This document shows, piece by piece, positions 61,040 to 64,000 of a stretch of DNA of 64,000 nucleotides; the first letter of the stretch is position 1, and every line of letters begins with the position of its first letter. The position numbers were made by a program, and so were the translations under genes. The stretch is from the NCBI RefSeq assembly GCF_036971445.1, contig NC_091475.1:40300001-40364000 (forward strand), written 5' to 3'. The DNA comes from Narcine bancroftii (Eukaryota). The notes under the pieces were generated by a model. The model saw only the letters and a list, made by a program, of their open reading frames with translations. It was not told the DNA's origin and ran no database searches.

Positions 61040-61355
61040 TGTATGTGGTCGTGAAGAAAGTGCTTCCAGTGGTGGAAGAGATTAGGACATGCATTTTACA
61101 ACTGAGGTGAGGAGAAACGTCTGCATTCGGAGGGTGGTGAACCTGTGGAATTCCTTGCCACAATTGGCTGTGGAAGCCAAGTCATTTGGCAGATTTAAAA
61201 CAGAGGTGGATAGGGTTTTGGCCAGTAAAGGTGTCAAAGGTTATGGAGAGAAGGCAGGAGAGAGGGGGTGAAAGGAAAAATACATCAACCATGATTTGAA
61301 TAGTGGAGTAGACTCAATAGGCCGAATGGTCAAATTCTGCTCCAGTGTCTTATAG
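61040..61355 (+). mobile_element. CR1/HER1-like LINE 3' end
   Basis: FTTEVRRN...RVVNLWNSLPQLAVEAKS...FKTEVDR...KGVKGYGEKAG. Confidence 0.8.
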
Positions 61356-63163
61356 TCTTGTGTATGGACTTATTTACCAGTGGGTCTTCCAGGTGAGTGT
61401 TGTGGGGTTAAGACACAGTGTCCACGTCAGGTGTGCCTTCAGAAGACGACCGAAATTTCCTGATCTAGCCATTGTGGTCTACAGTGATGTGCCAGATACA
61501 GTACTCAAAAGTGCAGGAGAAATTCAGCAGGTCTTGCAGTATCCAGTGGTGTAGAATGTGTGGCTGCCCTTCATTACAATTAGACCAGAATTGGAATTCA
61601 TCGTGAACCAACACTTAGAGGCTGAAATGCGCCTGGCTTTAATTCAACTGTGCTTCAGCTCTGTTTCCAAATAACCCAAAGCCAAAAGCAGCAAATTAAA
61701 ACCAGAGAAAGCTGAAAATACTCAGCAAGTCAGTCAACAGTGGGGAGAGAAAAATAGAGTGAACAATTTGGTTTGAAGACTGGAATTGTGAATGGTGGGA
61801 AATAATTTCAGGTGCAGAGTAAAGGGGAGAAAACAGAAAGAAAACCGTGTGTTACAGTGAAAGTGTATGACATAGTTTAGCAGACTGACTCTGTCACTCC
61901 CATATGCCCCAAGTGCACACTCCTGAACTTTTAACTAGTGAAGAGCAGAGTGAAATTTTTTCTTGTGTGTACTTGTGTTGGGGGTGCACATTTAACTCCA
62001 ATTAATCTGTGTTGCCACGGCAACCTCTGCTAAGTTGTCGCTGCTGCTGGGTAATACTGGTGTAATATTTCCCACAATTTACTATAAACCTTATGGCAAT
62101 TAAATTAAATATGTTGGTGCTGTTTTTGCATCATTGGGTTTCAGTTATTGTTTGTATTTAAATTTCTGTTCATCAATCAGAAGGAGAATTGTGCTGCTTT
62201 TGGATTGAGTACAAACTGCTTAGAAGATGACTTCTTATGGATAGAATGCAGAGAATGTCCACAGATTTAGGGAGAGAAGATGTGCATACAACTCCAGGCT
62301 TTTCACTGAAGTCTCTTCAGGGAATTGGATTTGACTATCCTTGGTTACAGGGTTTAGTATGACTGGCAGAAACCTTTTGGGAGTATACCCCTGCTATACA
62401 GCTGCATAATTGTTTTAATGTAGAACTTAGCCAATTTATATAGTACCTTTCAGAAACTTGGGACATTCTAACGCCACTTATGGGCAACGAAATGCTTTTA
62501 AGAATGCAGTTACAGTTGTAATTTTGGAAACTGTTCACAAAGGACAGGAACACAGGAGAGCAGCAACAAAATAACGGGCAATATATATTGAGGGCGTTGC
62601 TGATGGTTCAGCACTCTCTCCATTCCTAACATCGCGATGGATGTAGGACAGTTGAACAGACACCGAGTTGAAGTGTTAATGATCGTGGACTGCTTAAATC
62701 TGACTCTGGGACTGGGAGAATTTCAGTTCCATTTGGAATAAAAGAGTGCAAGTTGAAAGACCAATTTCTTGTGAGAGAGACATACAGTAAAACCTATCTT
62801 GATTACTGATGTATGTGAGGAAAGGAAGTGTCTCTCCCCTGGCAGATATGTTCCGCCAGTCCCACTCTGTGCAGCTGATGTTAACTGCGTTGGAAGTGCC
62901 CCTACTCCATGACAAATGAGCTGCTTACAGTAATCCTACTTTATTGCAAATTCTCCAATACTGTATATGTTTAAATCATTTTTCAAGTTGACAATAATAA
63001 TGATAAAATGGTATGAATTAACATCTTGATTTAGTAGATATTCCATTAGTTTATTTATGGGTAATGTTAGAGTATTTCAATGTTTCATGATTGTGGCTGG
63101 TGCATATAGAGTAATATAAATGGAGCTATGGATCCTGATTTAAAGAAATCAGCTTACAGACAT

Positions 63164-63275
63164 TTCTCAGGTAACCTGGGGACTGACTGAGTTCTCAGGT
63201 AACCCGGGGACTGACTGAGTTCTCAGGTAACCCGGGGACTGACTGAGTTCTCAGGTAACCCGGGGACTGACTGAG
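63164..63275. repeat. 28-bp tandem repeat x4 (ttctcaggtaacccggggactgactgag)
   Basis: Four adjacent copies with one substitution in the first. Confidence 0.95.
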
Positions 63276-63589
63276 TATCAAACCACTATCTGCAGCTTAA
63301 ATCTTTGTCCACCTTCCTGGACCCAGTGCTGGTTCAAGGATGAAGTGTATACGCACAGTATTTGTGTAACTGGATTGTATCACCAGTAGTTTCACCATCG
63401 CTTTGTCTCCACTCCTCCTCCTGTGCCACCTGGTCGAGGTTAGAGGGTCGAAGCTGTCTGCACCCATCCTGTGAGTTTGGATGACCTCCTTGCTGTCACT
63501 TCTGGTAGATAGATGTCCACTAAAACTGCCTTCTGGACTCGCTTCTGCGAGTATGTTAAAGAGAGAAAGATTTGTAAATTTAGATGGAG

Positions 63590-63880
63590 TTAGAAACGGG
63601 AGGGTTTAGAATGTGGGGGGGGGGAAAAACGGCAGGGCAATTAAATTCTGTAGTTCTATCTCACCAGAAGAGATTCAAATAACATCCCAAACCACTCGGG
63701 GAGCAAGAACCTCATTAAAAGGAGGAAGTAAAGAAAATTAGGATAGGTTTAAAAATAAAAGTGCTAGAGAAATTAATTGGAATTAAAGCCAATACATCTC
63801 CAGGGCCTGATAATCTGCATCGCAGAATACTAAAAATGGTTGCCATGGAAATAGTGGGTGCATTGGTTATTGTTTTGCAA
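63590..63880 (+). mobile_element. CR1-like LINE fragment
   Basis: VLEKLIGIKANTSPGPDNLHRRILKMVAMEIVGALVIV, the CR1 K.PGPD.LH.R.LKE motif. Confidence 0.75.
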
Positions 63881-64000
63881 AGATTGACCACCATTAACAA
63901 GGCTTATGTCAAGAGTATGGTGAAAATCTCTCCACTCATCTGGATGATCAGAGCTTCAACAACACTCCACAACTCAGATCTATGCAGAACATAGCAGCTA

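Noticed and set aside
63164-63275. 28-bp direct repeats as a CRISPR array
   Set aside because: The units are contiguous with no spacers, there are no cas genes, and the context is eukaryotic.
63839-63852. Second X-box-like motif gttgccatggaaat
   Set aside because: It lies within CR1 coding sequence (VAMEI), so the repeat explains it.
33525-64000. SHROOM2 exon 2 (IEEGSKAA...KLVV) or any nested host gene
   Set aside because: No matching translation was seen by eye; it probably lies beyond the window, although a small exon could have been missed.

Overview
Eukaryotic (vertebrate) genomic DNA. The repeat content (V-SINE/HE1-like SINEs, CR1/HER1-like LINEs, Rex1, Mag-type Gypsy) suggests a cartilaginous fish, but this is inferred. 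Three host genes can be reconstructed by hand from splice sites and translation. (1) The last two coding exons and a long 3'UTR of WDFY2 (+). (2) A complete 10-exon DHRS12 (-; CDS 987 nt, 328 aa; intact TGxxxGIG and YxxxK motifs), tail-to-tail with WDFY2. (3) The first coding exon of SHROOM2 (+, start of the PDZ domain) in a CpG island, head-to-head with DHRS12; the rest of the window (33.5-64 kb) is apparently SHROOM2 intron 1. Much of the window is transposon-derived: several L1-clade copies with readable TSDs, Rex1/Babar, RTE, CR1, Gypsy, a hAT-Charlie fossil, MITEs and four minisatellites. I found no convincing new protein-coding system, and the long ORFs in the track are minisatellite artefacts. 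The most notable observations are: DHRS12 sits where GPR143 sits in human; a three-layer nested retrotransposon stack contains an internally primed L1; two hairpins lie between opposed polyA signals of the convergent genes; an L1 insertion duplicated a splice donor; and a tandem repeat reiterates an AG|GT splice motif.
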